The notes: generated from the letters alone by a model not told the origin. A stretch of DNA of 64,000 nt from an uncultured Bacteroidales bacterium (GCA_900318085.1 ONJF01000012.1:7926-71925); one strand, 5' to 3'. Numbered from the stretch's first letter, positions 9,493-18,742 are shown. Translations and numbers: made by a program.

Positions 9493-9596
9493 TTTGCCGA
9501 TAACGGCAAAAAATCGAGTGCTATTTGCTTAAACCTGCCGTTATCGGCAAAAATTGCTATCTTTGCAGCGGATTTGAGAACAAAACTTGCCGATAA
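9493..9596 (+). promoter_or_regulatory. Fic-gene promoter region with three copies of the TTGCCGATAA / TTATCGGCAA word around a -7 box
   Basis: Palindrome TTTGCCGATAACGGCAAA (9493-9510); TTATCGGCAA (9541-50); -7 box TATCTTTG (9558-65); TTGCCGATAA (9587-96) abutting the ATG. The last two words form a perfect 10-bp inverted repeat that brackets the -7 box. Confidence 0.5.
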
Positions 9597-10478
9597 ATGG
9601 ATTATATTTCAGTCAGTCAGTTTGCCGAAAAATATGGCATCAGCGAGCGCACTGCTCGAAACTATTGTGCCACAGGGAAGATAGAAGGTGCTTTTCTGAC
9701 AGGAAAAACATGGAACATCCCAGCCGATGCCGACTTGCCCCGACGAAGCAAAAGGAAAATATCGCCCTTGCTTGCAGCTCTGCGTGAACAAAAGGAAATG
9801 CGGATGAAAGGTGGCATCTATCATCGCGTACAAATCGACCTGACCTACAACTCAAACCATATCGAAGGTAGCCGTTTGACCAAGGAGCAAACACGATACA
9901 TCTTCGAAACCAACACCTTGGGCATCACCTCGGAAAATACGCGCATCGACGATATCATGGAGACCGTCAACCATTTCCGTTGCATCGACTATGTCATCGA
10001 CCACGCCACCGACAAGATCACCGAAACGCATATCAAACAACTGCATTTGATACTGAAAGCCAACACTTCCGACAGCCATAAGCCATGGTTTGCCGTAGGT
10101 GACTACAAACGTTTGGCCAACGCAGTAGGCGAAGAAGAGACCGCCCTGCCCGAAGAAGTGCACAAAAAGATGAAGGCATTGCTTGCCACTTACCACGCCA
10201 TTAAGAAAATCCAGTTTGACGATATTCTGGATTTCCATGTGCGGTTTGAGCGCATCCATCCCTTCCAAGACGGCAACGGACGTGTTGGTAGACTAATAAT
10301 GTTTTGGCAATGCTTGCAGTCGAATACCGTGCCGTTCATCATCACTGATGATTTACGCTTGTTCTATTACCGTGGCATTCAAAATTGGGGCAACATCAAC
10401 GGCTATTTGCGTGACACTTGCCTCACAGCGCAAGACAACTTCAAAGGTGTATTAGATTATTACAGAATTAGTTATTAA
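9597..10478 (+). CDS. Fic-family protein (AMPylase-type) with an N-terminal HTH
   Basis: Fic motif HPFQDGNGRVGR. The N-terminus (ISVSQFAEKYGISERTARNYC) looks like a MerR/excisionase-type HTH. Confidence 0.85.
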   Translation: MDYISVSQFAEKYGISERTARNYCATGKIEGAFLTGKTWNIPADADLPRRSKRKISPLLAALREQKEMRMKGGIYHRVQIDLTYNSNHIEGSRLTKEQTRYIFETNTLGITSENTRIDDIMETVNHFRCIDYVIDHATDKITETHIKQLHLILKANTSDSHKPWFAVGDYKRLANAVGEEETALPEEVHKKMKALLATYHAIKKIQFDDILDFHVRFERIHPFQDGNGRVGRLIMFWQCLQSNTVPFIITDDLRLFYYRGIQNWGNINGYLRDTCLTAQDNFKGVLDYYRISY

Positions 10479-10494
10479 TAGAGTAATAACAAGG

Positions 10495-12309
10495 TTATCT
10501 TTTCTTAAAAACATAGCCCTTTTGTTCCCAAACCGGCATCTCTCGGCTGACTACGATGCTATAGAACTGTCCAAATGACGTTTCAAATGTATCGAGATAC
10601 CCGCCATTCCATCCCCTTTCGGCCACCCCAAGAATCTTGGGAAGCATCTGGTAAGTCGCATCATCAAAACTCCGAAGTTGTGAAGACCAAAGCTGCGCCT
10701 GCACACCGATGATATCGCCTTTGTAATCATTGGGATTCAGAGCGAAAGTCTTGCGCTCGTCGACATAGCCTGCCCAATGGAGGCCGATTTCGTTGGGGCT
10801 GTTGCTATAGGCCAAATCCAGATAGGTGTAAGCTGCAGGAGAAAGCACCACGGGGAAACCCTCGATGCCTTCTGTGTTCCAGACATTGATGAAATAGAGC
10901 GAATTTTTGAGCCTCTCTTGAGTTTCAGGTTCCAAGCCTTTGGCAATGTCTTCCCAACCTGCCAAGCGGATGTCACGTGCTTCGGCAAGATCGAGCATAC
11001 CCTTGATGAAAATTTCCTTCATCTCGTGGCGGTCGCGGCCCGACCACGCGCCTTCTGGCACCTCGTCGCCACCGATATGGATGGCTGGAAGAGGAACGCC
11101 CGCTTCCTTATGCAAACGGATGACCTCATCGAAGACAGCACCGTAAAACTTGTACACACTCGGCAGATAGACGCTCAACACATTATCTGTGAAGTCCTGC
11201 GCCGACCAGTAACGCGAAGTGTCGGCAGGGTCCTGCAGGCGGAAACTGCTGTCGCCCGTGCGCCGCTCGTAGGCCTGCATCGCCTTGATGGAAGCCCGAG
11301 AATGGCCCGGTGTGTCGAACTCGGGAATCACCCTGATGCGGCGGTCCCAAGCATAGCGGAGGATGCGCTTGTATTCCTCGGCAGTATAAAATGTCACATT
11401 TCCTATTTGGCCATTAGCCGTGGGTTTCAAGGCAGAGGATTCCTGTAGTTCCCAATCAGGCAGCGCATGGTGGGCACCAAATTCGGTCAATTCAGGAAAA
11501 CCCTTGATTTCCAAGCACCAAGATTCGTCATCGGCAATATGGAAATGCAAGGTGTTGAGTTTCATGGAAGCCATCAGGTCGATGATTTCGAGCACCTCAT
11601 CTACCGTGCGGAAGTCGCGCACCACATCAAGCATAAAACCACGGTAAGTGTAATCAGGCCAGTCCTCGATGGTCATGGGCGACAAGGGGCGCGGCAGTTT
11701 GGAGAGGGTGGTTTGAGCATAGAAAGCGCCGCCTGCATCGTAGGATTCCACTTGAGGTTCACCCTCCTCTCCTATCGTGATTCGGTACCAACCCTCGGGA
11801 CGCGATGGAAGAATATCCACCCTTTCCATAGGCTCAGTACCATATATCACCGCACTAACTTGCGGGATGATGTCGGCAGGTTGGAGTTCATAGTTGCTGG
11901 CAAAACTTCCTTCGTCGTTTTCAGTTTTAGGATGCTCCAGAAAATGATATCGCACTTCCATCGGGGTGTCGGCTCGCCCCTGCTGCTGTAGGACAAAGGC
12001 CTCGGGTGCCCAGGAATGCCTTGGCAACGGGCGACCGTAATACTTCAAGGTCACCGTTCCGCTTTCAGGAATGTCGATATACCACGAGGTTCCCTGATAA
12101 TGGTTCATCGTGGGTCCCTCAACGGAGGTCTTGCCGTCGAAAAGCTCTTGGAACCACACGCGCGAGTCTTGGGGCATGTTGTGAAGCACTATGGTATGCA
12201 AGGCACGACCATCGGGTTCTGCTGGACCTTCAGTCCAGTCAGCTGACGGCACCCGACAGCATGCTGCTGCCAAAAGCAAAAACAATATGAACAGCGTTGT
12301 ATTGCGCAT
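10495..12309 (-). CDS. GH20 beta-N-acetylhexosaminidase (lipoprotein)
   Basis: ORF trimmed to MRNTTLFILFLLLAAACC. Catalytic HIGGDEV, FHIADDESW and EFDTPGH motifs. Confidence 0.85.
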   Translation of the reverse strand: MRNTTLFILFLLLAAACCRVPSADWTEGPAEPDGRALHTIVLHNMPQDSRVWFQELFDGKTSVEGPTMNHYQGTSWYIDIPESGTVTLKYYGRPLPRHSWAPEAFVLQQQGRADTPMEVRYHFLEHPKTENDEGSFASNYELQPADIIPQVSAVIYGTEPMERVDILPSRPEGWYRITIGEEGEPQVESYDAGGAFYAQTTLSKLPRPLSPMTIEDWPDYTYRGFMLDVVRDFRTVDEVLEIIDLMASMKLNTLHFHIADDESWCLEIKGFPELTEFGAHHALPDWELQESSALKPTANGQIGNVTFYTAEEYKRILRYAWDRRIRVIPEFDTPGHSRASIKAMQAYERRTGDSSFRLQDPADTSRYWSAQDFTDNVLSVYLPSVYKFYGAVFDEVIRLHKEAGVPLPAIHIGGDEVPEGAWSGRDRHEMKEIFIKGMLDLAEARDIRLAGWEDIAKGLEPETQERLKNSLYFINVWNTEGIEGFPVVLSPAAYTYLDLAYSNSPNEIGLHWAGYVDERKTFALNPNDYKGDIIGVQAQLWSSQLRSFDDATYQMLPKILGVAERGWNGGYLDTFETSFGQFYSIVVSREMPVWEQKGYVFKKR

Positions 12310-12441
12310 AATGTGGGACAAAAATAGGAATATTCCAGTTGCATGAAGGCATTCTACGATGTTTTTTGGCATGGCTTTGTGAAAAAAAACACCGAAACGG
12401 CAAAAAACAGCACCATTCATTTCCAGCTTATGCAACAAAAT

Positions 12442-12469
12442 GGCACAGGCTCTCTTTTTCTTTGCAACG
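12442..12469 (+). repeat. Right-half copy of the island hairpin/-7 module (GGCACAGGCTCTCTTTTTCTTTGCAACG)
   Basis: Shares GGCACAGGCT + T-tract + CTTTGC with the copies at 17928, 20815, 21961 and 23018. No left arm is present. Confidence 0.55.
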
Positions 12470-12554
12470 AAAAAAAGTTTTTTTCTCGTCATAGTTGAAA
12501 AACTACGGATTGTGTTCTATAGAATAAAGTTGAACAAAAAAAAAGGAGAAAGCC

Positions 12555-14213
12555 ATGGAGACAAAGAAAACTGCCAAAACAAAGATGGACCTGCTGACCG
12601 CAGTGGAAATGATTGTGGACCTGTCAAAAGACTCGAAGCTGGAGCCCGAGTTTTTCACCCAAGCCGCAAGGCCAATCAAGTACATCTCCAAGAAGATGGG
12701 ACTCACCAAGGAACAGAGTGTATTGATGGCACTCTTTATCGACAACAGCGTCGACACGAACATCCGTATCAACGACCTTGCCGACCATCTGGATTGTAGC
12801 ACGACCAGGGTGCTTCGCCTCATGTCAGACATCCACGAACTGGAGGATAGGGGCTTGGTGAGTTGCTCCCGCGAGCGTTGCGGCGTTGCCTATCGTGTGC
12901 CGTTCGAAGTGGTAGAGGCTTTCAGAAACAACAAGAAATTCGAGCTCAACAAGCACGCAGGAGTGACTTGCGCAGAACTTTTCAGTGTGATTGGCGAGAT
13001 TATGGCGATGCGCGAGGACAATGAAATAAGCACCTCCACTGCCGTAATGAGGCTTCAGGACTTGCTCGAGAACAACAAGCACCTGATCTTTGTCCAAAAG
13101 CTGAAGAGTTTCCGTTTCAGCGAAGAGGACGAGATCCTGCTCATCCTGTTTTCACATCTGTTTGCCAACGACAACGATGACAACATCGGATTTTATGACT
13201 TGAACTTTTTCTATGACCGCAAGTGCGATTGGAATGTCATCAAGTCGATGCTCACCAAGAACACGCACAACCTTCAGGATGCCAAGATGATTGAGTTCAA
13301 CAACGATGACGGTTTTGTGAACCGTGAGTCGTTCCGCATGACCTGGGCAGCCAAGGAGGCCTTGTTTCCCGAGTTAAACATTGTCATGCTCAATCCGGGC
13401 AACAACAGGAAGGACCTCATCAAGCATGAGGAGATTGTGGAGAAGCAGCTCTTCTATGAAAAGGGTGTCGAAGCACAAGTAACGGACCTGGGGCAGCTCT
13501 TGGAGGAGGCACATTACAGCGAGGTGTGCAGCCGCTTGGAGGCAAAGGGCTATCGCAGCGGATTCACCTGTCTGTTCTATGGTGCCCCTGGCACGGGAAA
13601 GACCGAGACCGCGTTGCAGCTGGCGCGTCAGACGGGACGCGACATCATGCAGGTCAACATCTCCGAAATCAAGAGCATGTGGGTGGGCGAAAGCGAGAAG
13701 AACATCAAGAGGGTTTTCGATGAGTACCGCTCGAAGGTCGAGAAGGCCACCCTCGCTCCTATCCTGCTCTTTAACGAGGCCGACGCCGTCATCGGCATAC
13801 GCCAAGAGGGTGCAGAGCGTGCCGTAGAGAAGATGGAAAACTCCATTCAGAACATCATCCTCCAAGAAATGGAGACCCTCAACGGCATCCTTATCGCCAC
13901 CACCAACCTCGCCCAGAACATGGACCATGCCTTCGAACGCCGTTTCCTCTACAAGGTCAAGTTCAACAAACCCACGCTGGAGGCTAGGATGCAAATCTGG
14001 CATTCGATGCTGCCCGAGTTGCAGGAGTCAGACATCCGTGCCCTGGCCGAGAAATACGACTTCAGCGGCGGCCAAATCGAGAATGTGGCCCGCCACTATG
14101 CCATCGACACTGTCCTGCACAGCGATGCGGCTTCTTCCTTGGAGAAGTTGATGGCGCATTGTGATAGCGAGCGTTTGGAACAGCAAGGGAGCAGGAAGAT
14201 CGGATTCATTTGA
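12555..14213 (+). CDS. AAA+ ATPase with an N-terminal winged-helix-like domain
   Basis: 552 aa. Walker A GAPGTGKT, Walker B ILLFNEADA, classical AAA second region (TTNLAQNMDHAFERRF). Confidence 0.8.
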   Translation: METKKTAKTKMDLLTAVEMIVDLSKDSKLEPEFFTQAARPIKYISKKMGLTKEQSVLMALFIDNSVDTNIRINDLADHLDCSTTRVLRLMSDIHELEDRGLVSCSRERCGVAYRVPFEVVEAFRNNKKFELNKHAGVTCAELFSVIGEIMAMREDNEISTSTAVMRLQDLLENNKHLIFVQKLKSFRFSEEDEILLILFSHLFANDNDDNIGFYDLNFFYDRKCDWNVIKSMLTKNTHNLQDAKMIEFNNDDGFVNRESFRMTWAAKEALFPELNIVMLNPGNNRKDLIKHEEIVEKQLFYEKGVEAQVTDLGQLLEEAHYSEVCSRLEAKGYRSGFTCLFYGAPGTGKTETALQLARQTGRDIMQVNISEIKSMWVGESEKNIKRVFDEYRSKVEKATLAPILLFNEADAVIGIRQEGAERAVEKMENSIQNIILQEMETLNGILIATTNLAQNMDHAFERRFLYKVKFNKPTLEARMQIWHSMLPELQESDIRALAEKYDFSGGQIENVARHYAIDTVLHSDAASSLEKLMAHCDSERLEQQGSRKIGFI

Positions 14214-14254
14214 TCCGGTCTCCTAATGAAAGACAGAACAATGTAAAGATTATC

Positions 14255-14283
14255 GAGCCTGTGCCGCAATGCGGTGCAGGCTC
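14255..14283. terminator. Hairpin between convergent genes (bidirectional terminator candidate)
   Basis: GAGCCTGTGCCGC-aat-GCGGTGCAGGCTC. Overlaps the psuG stop. Confidence 0.5.
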
Positions 14284-15190
14284 ATCTCATTTCCTTGGCC
14301 ACACGCGCCGCCAAGCGGGCGTTGTTCAACACCAGTTGGATATTCGAAGCGAGGCTGTCGCCACCCGTAAGGTCTTTGATGCGCGCTAACAAATAAGGCG
14401 TCGTCTCCTTGCCGTGAATGCCTAACCTCTTGGCATCTGCCACGGCCTCGTCGATGGCGGCGTTGATGCGGTCGGCATCCATGGAATACTCCTCTGGGAT
14501 GGGGTTGGTGACCAACATGCCACCACCGAGTCCCATCTCCTGCTTGGCGATGAAGGCCTGGGCGACCTCCTCGGGAGTGTCGAGGCGATAATCCACCTTG
14601 AAACCGCTCTTGCGGGTGTAGAAAGCGGGCAACTCCTCCGTGCCATAGCCGATCACCGGCACACCCTTGGTCTCGAGATACTCAAGGGTGAGTCCCAAAT
14701 CAAGAATCGACTTGGCACCGGCACAGATGACCATGACTGGAGTGCGGGCCAACTCCTCCAAGTCGGCAGAGATGTCCATGGTGATCTCTGCGCCTCGGTG
14801 CACGCCACCCACGCCACCTGTGGCAAACACGCGGATGCCTGCCAATGCGGCAATGATCATCGTCGTGGCCACCGTCGTGGCGCCATCTTGTCCGCGTGCC
14901 ACGAGCACAGGCAGGTCACGGCGCGAAGCCTTGGTGACAGCAGTGCCTTTTTTGCCCAAATATTCAATCTCCGATGGGGTTAATCCTGCCTTCAAGCGGC
15001 CTCCGATGACGGCGATGGTGGCAGGCACTGCCCCTTCGTCGCGGATGGTCTGTTCAACCCGCAACGCCGTCTCCACATTCTGGGGATAGGGCATTCCGTG
15101 GGATATAATAGTCGATTCAAGAGCCACGACGGGCTTTCCGCTTTGCAATGCTTCAGCCACTTCGGGCGAGAGGTCAAGGTATTTATTCAT
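14282..15190 (-). CDS. psuG: Pseudouridine-5'-phosphate glycosidase
   Basis: ORF trimmed to MNKYLDLSPEV. ALESTIISHGMPYPQN and GGVGGVHRG motifs. Confidence 0.85.
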   Translation of the reverse strand: MNKYLDLSPEVAEALQSGKPVVALESTIISHGMPYPQNVETALRVEQTIRDEGAVPATIAVIGGRLKAGLTPSEIEYLGKKGTAVTKASRRDLPVLVARGQDGATTVATTMIIAALAGIRVFATGGVGGVHRGAEITMDISADLEELARTPVMVICAGAKSILDLGLTLEYLETKGVPVIGYGTEELPAFYTRKSGFKVDYRLDTPEEVAQAFIAKQEMGLGGGMLVTNPIPEEYSMDADRINAAIDEAVADAKRLGIHGKETTPYLLARIKDLTGGDSLASNIQLVLNNARLAARVAKEMR

Positions 15191-15246
15191 ATTATTTGGT
15201 TCTATATTCAACTTCAATTTTTTGACACGGGACTACGGGAGTTTTT

Positions 15247-15341
15247 GACCATGACCATTGACCATGACCATGACCGCTTTCACGGGGATGTTAAAACCTC
15301 AGCTTTTGGTTGTCGTGGTCATTGTCATTGTCACAAGTCAT
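15247..15341. repeat. Inverted arrays of ATGACC/ATGACA hexamers around the psuK stop codon
   Basis: GACCATGACCATTGACCATGACCATGACC (15247-75) faces GTCGTGGTCATTGTCATTGTCACAAGTCAT (15312-41). The right array encodes the DNDNDHDN tail of PsuK. Confidence 0.5.
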
Positions 15342-16193
15342 AGTCCCGAAGTCTCGCGTCCAGTGTTGGTTTACGGTATCAGAACTTTCAATGTTGTTTT
15401 TTGCACATAAAAGGCCGATGTGCGCGGCTTCTGCGATAGTAGCTTCTGGACCAGCATGTATAATGCCGGCCATAAGTGCGTCGCCTGCGCCAGTGGCATT
15501 CACCACATGGCAAGGCAGAGCAGGAAAAAGATGTTTGGTGTCGCCTTCAACGACCTCCAACCCATCCGCTCCGAGGCTGACAAATCGCCTATCGACACCT
15601 TGCAAGTCGGCAAGGATGGCATTTTCGATCTGATTGCATTTCAGTGTGAAGAAATGCTTTTTGACGGACATTGCCATAGCCTCTTTGATTTTAGTGGCTT
15701 TGGCACCAGAAACAGCATCCACATAGAACGGCTTGTCGGTATGATCAATGAGATAAGCCAAAGTTTTCACGGGGATGTTGGCATCGGCCACGAAGGCATC
15801 GACATCGCCCAGCTGTTCCATTTTTGGGGCAAGCCATTCTGGAGTGATGCCATCGGCAGCAGCCATATCCGCCACGCCACCGACCATCTCGCCATCGCAG
15901 TCGTTGATGCTCAAGAAACAAGAGCGTGCACCTGGGGCGGAACAGTCGCAGAAGCTGATGTCGATGTGGGCTTTACGGCAACTCTCGGCAGTGAAACGAC
16001 CGAAGTCGTCGCCTCCGAACAAGGTCAGAAAGACGACCTCGTCGCCCAACAACACAAGGTTATGGGCAATGTTGCGCCCTACCCCACCGGCAGTCAGGTG
16101 CACCGAGCCTGGATTGGAGTCGCCAGGCACAAAAGCGCTGAAGCTCGTGGCGATGATGTCGGCATTCGCTCCGCCAATCACACAGATTCTCAT
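15291..16193 (-). CDS. psuK: PfkB-family carbohydrate kinase, probable pseudouridine kinase
   Basis: 300 aa. PfkB motifs GGVGRN and NATGAGDA. Lies immediately upstream of psuG. Confidence 0.7.
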   Translation of the reverse strand: MRICVIGGANADIIATSFSAFVPGDSNPGSVHLTAGGVGRNIAHNLVLLGDEVVFLTLFGGDDFGRFTAESCRKAHIDISFCDCSAPGARSCFLSINDCDGEMVGGVADMAAADGITPEWLAPKMEQLGDVDAFVADANIPVKTLAYLIDHTDKPFYVDAVSGAKATKIKEAMAMSVKKHFFTLKCNQIENAILADLQGVDRRFVSLGADGLEVVEGDTKHLFPALPCHVVNATGAGDALMAGIIHAGPEATIAEAAHIGLLCAKNNIESSDTVNQHWTRDFGTMTCDNDNDHDNQKLRF

Positions 16194-16229
16194 GGCTTAG
16201 TGTTTTTATTACAGCTGTTGTTGTTGGTG

Positions 16230-16237
16230 CAAAAATA
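16230..16237 (-). promoter_or_regulatory. -7 box TATTTTTG for psuK-psuG
   Basis: The reverse complement of CAAAAATA matches TAnnTTTG, 37 nt before the psuK ATG. Confidence 0.5.
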
Positions 16238-16315
16238 CGAAAAAGTATAGATTCCACAAATAATAGGGGATGACATATAAGTTTAATAACAACACGCATT
16301 TTTTACATGTCAAGA

Positions 16316-16344
16316 GTGGTAGGTGCAAATTTTGCACATACCAC
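16316..16344. promoter_or_regulatory. 29-bp near-perfect palindrome (operator candidate) in the divergent region
   Basis: GTGGTAGGTGCAAA-t-TTTGCACATACCAC, with 13 of 14 arm positions matching. Confidence 0.45.
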
Positions 16345-16402
16345 TATTTGTCAAGGAAAATAACGTGAGTATTATGCACGTTAATACACAAATTTGAGTC
16401 TC

Positions 16403-16717
16403 ATGTCACGGAACAACGAATTCTTTCATGCCTGCAAGGTCGATAATTGGTACATTTTTGAGCATACCGAATACGAATGGGACGACATCGTGAACGCCTT
16501 CATTGCGGGAGGCTTGTATGCCGACAGAAACCCCAGAATCCAATGGGTGAAACTCACCGAAGAAACGGTCAAGGAATTGTTTGACTATGCGAGATACTTG
16601 GCCTACCGAGCGGATTACGATGAGTACTATGTACTTGACGGAACGACCATTAAGGAAACTTTCAACGAAGGGAAATACACCCATGCAAGGTTGATTGAAG
16701 GGCCAGGGATGATTTGA
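16403..16717 (+). CDS. Hypothetical protein
   Basis: 104 aa from the first ATG. No domain recognised. Confidence 0.4.
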   Translation: MSRNNEFFHACKVDNWYIFEHTEYEWDDIVNAFIAGGLYADRNPRIQWVKLTEETVKELFDYARYLAYRADYDEYYVLDGTTIKETFNEGKYTHARLIEGPGMI

Positions 16718-16768
16718 GGATTAAGAAAGAGTGATTTGGCAAAAGCACATTGTATCTTGTTCCGTCCC

Positions 16769-17809
16769 TTAAAGGCGGATTCCATCCGCCCCTTGCCTCT
16801 CCACAAGCAACCTCCCCATCTCGTTAAGCGCAACAAAACGATACCGCAAAGAATCGGTTGCAACAGACGTGTATTCGAAATGTTTGGCCTCAGCCTTGCG
16901 GCGAAGCGTTCCCTCGACAGATTGACGGATGAAAGGTGCACTGAACGACTCTTCCGTCGGCTCCAAAAGCAAAAGCTTTCCTTGAGAGCACGCCTCAAAA
17001 TAAACACCACCAGGCTTGTAATATCGCTCATGCGGCGAACCTTCCTCGGGGAAGCCTTCGTTGAGAAGAATGACCAAAGGGAATCCTTGAGTCCGAAGCG
17101 TCCGCGCAATGAGTTGCTCACCCTTGCTAATGGAAGCCGTATAGGTTACCGCTCCATTTTGCGCCGACCGCAACACCGCTTTCAGCCTTTCTTGGACTTG
17201 CTCGTCCGTGGCATTGCGCGACATTTCCACCAATTGACGCTCTGGCCAGTCGAGAAGGAAATGATTGCCCATCGAGGTGAAAAGCAAACCACAAGTTTCT
17301 GTCCTACGATACATTCGAAAAAGGTCAGGGTTTTGTTTGCGGTGCCATGCCCGCTCTGCGTTGGCGTAAACATAGTTTATCATCGCCTGAAGTTGTCCTT
17401 TATGCGTGAGCACTCGGTAATATAGCGGGCCATCGTACAAGTTTCCTTCATAGCCCATCTTTCGGGCTTCAGCCTTGCAGCCTTGCATATAGCCTCGCAC
17501 CACTTCTTTGATGCTCCGCGTCATGGTGCGTCGAACCTGCAAAACAATATGGTGATGGTCGGGCATGACCTTGTCTGCAAGGATTTTTATCTCAGGGCAA
17601 AGTTCAAGCATCCGTTGCTGTTGGTTGATTAATACCCAACCTATAGCCGTCTTTTCCACCTCGGACTGAATGCCATTGTGGGTAAGTTTGCCGAAAATGG
17701 GTTCACGCCCTTTGGCCACCATAGTCACATGCACGATGCACGGCTTGTGCCATGCGCCAAGCTTCTGCCAAGTGGAAATCTCATTAGATATGTTGGTGTT
17801 GGTAGTCAT
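16769..17809 (-). CDS. Y1/HUH transposase-like protein (IS200/RayT-like core with a long C-terminal extension)
   Basis: ORF trimmed to MTTNTNISN. VMPDHHHIVLQV fits the HUH motif. INYVYANAERA fits the Y-x2-N-P/A-x2-A tyrosine helix of REP-associated transposases. Confidence 0.5.
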   Translation of the reverse strand: MTTNTNISNEISTWQKLGAWHKPCIVHVTMVAKGREPIFGKLTHNGIQSEVEKTAIGWVLINQQQRMLELCPEIKILADKVMPDHHHIVLQVRRTMTRSIKEVVRGYMQGCKAEARKMGYEGNLYDGPLYYRVLTHKGQLQAMINYVYANAERAWHRKQNPDLFRMYRRTETCGLLFTSMGNHFLLDWPERQLVEMSRNATDEQVQERLKAVLRSAQNGAVTYTASISKGEQLIARTLRTQGFPLVILLNEGFPEEGSPHERYYKPGGVYFEACSQGKLLLLEPTEESFSAPFIRQSVEGTLRRKAEAKHFEYTSVATDSLRYRFVALNEMGRLLVERQGADGIRL

Positions 17810-17927
17810 TTTCGTTTGGGGCTTTTGCGGCGGGAATGGAATTCCCGTGGAAGGGACAGAACACAATGCAAAAGTAAGATTTATTTCGATACAAAAAGTT
17901 TATTGCTCCATTTCGGGGAAAACCATT

Positions 17928-17972
17928 AGCCTGTGCTTCAATTCGGCACAGGCTTTTGTTTTCTTTGCTGCG
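17928..17972 (+). repeat. Island module copy: hairpin + T-tract + -7-like box
   Basis: AGCCTGTGC-ttcaattcg-GCACAGGCT (9-bp stem), then TTTTGTTTTCTTTGCTGCG. The ATG follows 59 nt later. Confidence 0.65.
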
Positions 17973-18030
17973 AAAAACGGTCAAATTGACAAATATAAAC
18001 AAAACATAAACAACATAAAATCAATAAAAT

Positions 18031-18702
18031 ATGAAAAGTAGCAGATATACAAACATCGGTAAAGGCTCAATTGTCGGGGAAGGCATCTTCGTAAGATTTC
18101 CCGAGCTCGTCCCTGCTTCTTTGGACAATTATTGGAACAGCAAGAAGCATAAAAAGCTGTTGATAGTTGGGGAAAGCAACTACTTTGACGATGATGTCGG
18201 CAGCATTTTTAAGGACCCAAAAGCGTGGTATTCGGGAGCGGACAAACAACATTTGATACCAGAAGAAAAAAAGAAAGATGTAAGCAACTTCAAAGGATAT
18301 AAGACTTTTGATAGGTTGTGTAAATCCATGAATGAAGTGTTGAACGAAGCACTTTGTGAGCATGTCTATGAGAAGGCATTGTTCTATAATTATTTTCTGC
18401 GTCCAGCCACGGTGAGGAAAAACAATAGATCATTCAAAAAAGATTGCACCCAATTAGACCGTGATGTGGCAGGCAGCGCATTATGTGGAATCATCGACCT
18501 TGACCGTCCTGATGTGGTTATATTCGTCAGTAAATATGCACACTCGGAATTTATGAAGCACTTGGAATCAAACGAATTATCGTATGATATCCGGATTGAT
18601 TTCGTCAATCATCCTGCACATCTTGCCTCATGGCATCACAGAAATGGAAACGGGAAACAGAAGTTCGAAAGACTATTGAGGGAATACTGGATGGTAAAAT
18701 AA
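18031..18702 (+). CDS. Hypothetical protein with a uracil-DNA-glycosylase-superfamily-like motif pattern
   Basis: 223 aa. LLIVGESNYFDD sits where UDG motif A (GEAPG/GQDPY) lies. YNYFLRPA...C..L...P.VVIFVS fits the middle of the fold. FVNHPAHL fits motif B (HPS). By-eye only. Confidence 0.35.
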   Translation: MKSSRYTNIGKGSIVGEGIFVRFPELVPASLDNYWNSKKHKKLLIVGESNYFDDDVGSIFKDPKAWYSGADKQHLIPEEKKKDVSNFKGYKTFDRLCKSMNEVLNEALCEHVYEKALFYNYFLRPATVRKNNRSFKKDCTQLDRDVAGSALCGIIDLDRPDVVIFVSKYAHSEFMKHLESNELSYDIRIDFVNHPAHLASWHHRNGNGKQKFERLLREYWMVK

Positions 18703-18742
18703 TCACATTTTTATCAACCCCTGTATGTTTCATAGAAATGTT

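Noticed and set aside
12555-14213. AAA+ ATPase, considered as a McrB/defence-type NTPase system
   Set aside because: The motifs are those of classical AAA (Cdc48/FtsH-like) ATPases. There is no partner nuclease or second gene. The only link to the island is a half copy of the promoter module.
15420-16250. 276-aa ORF on the plus strand
   Set aside because: It lies antisense to the PfkB kinase gene, which carries the GAGDA motif. It is a shadow ORF.
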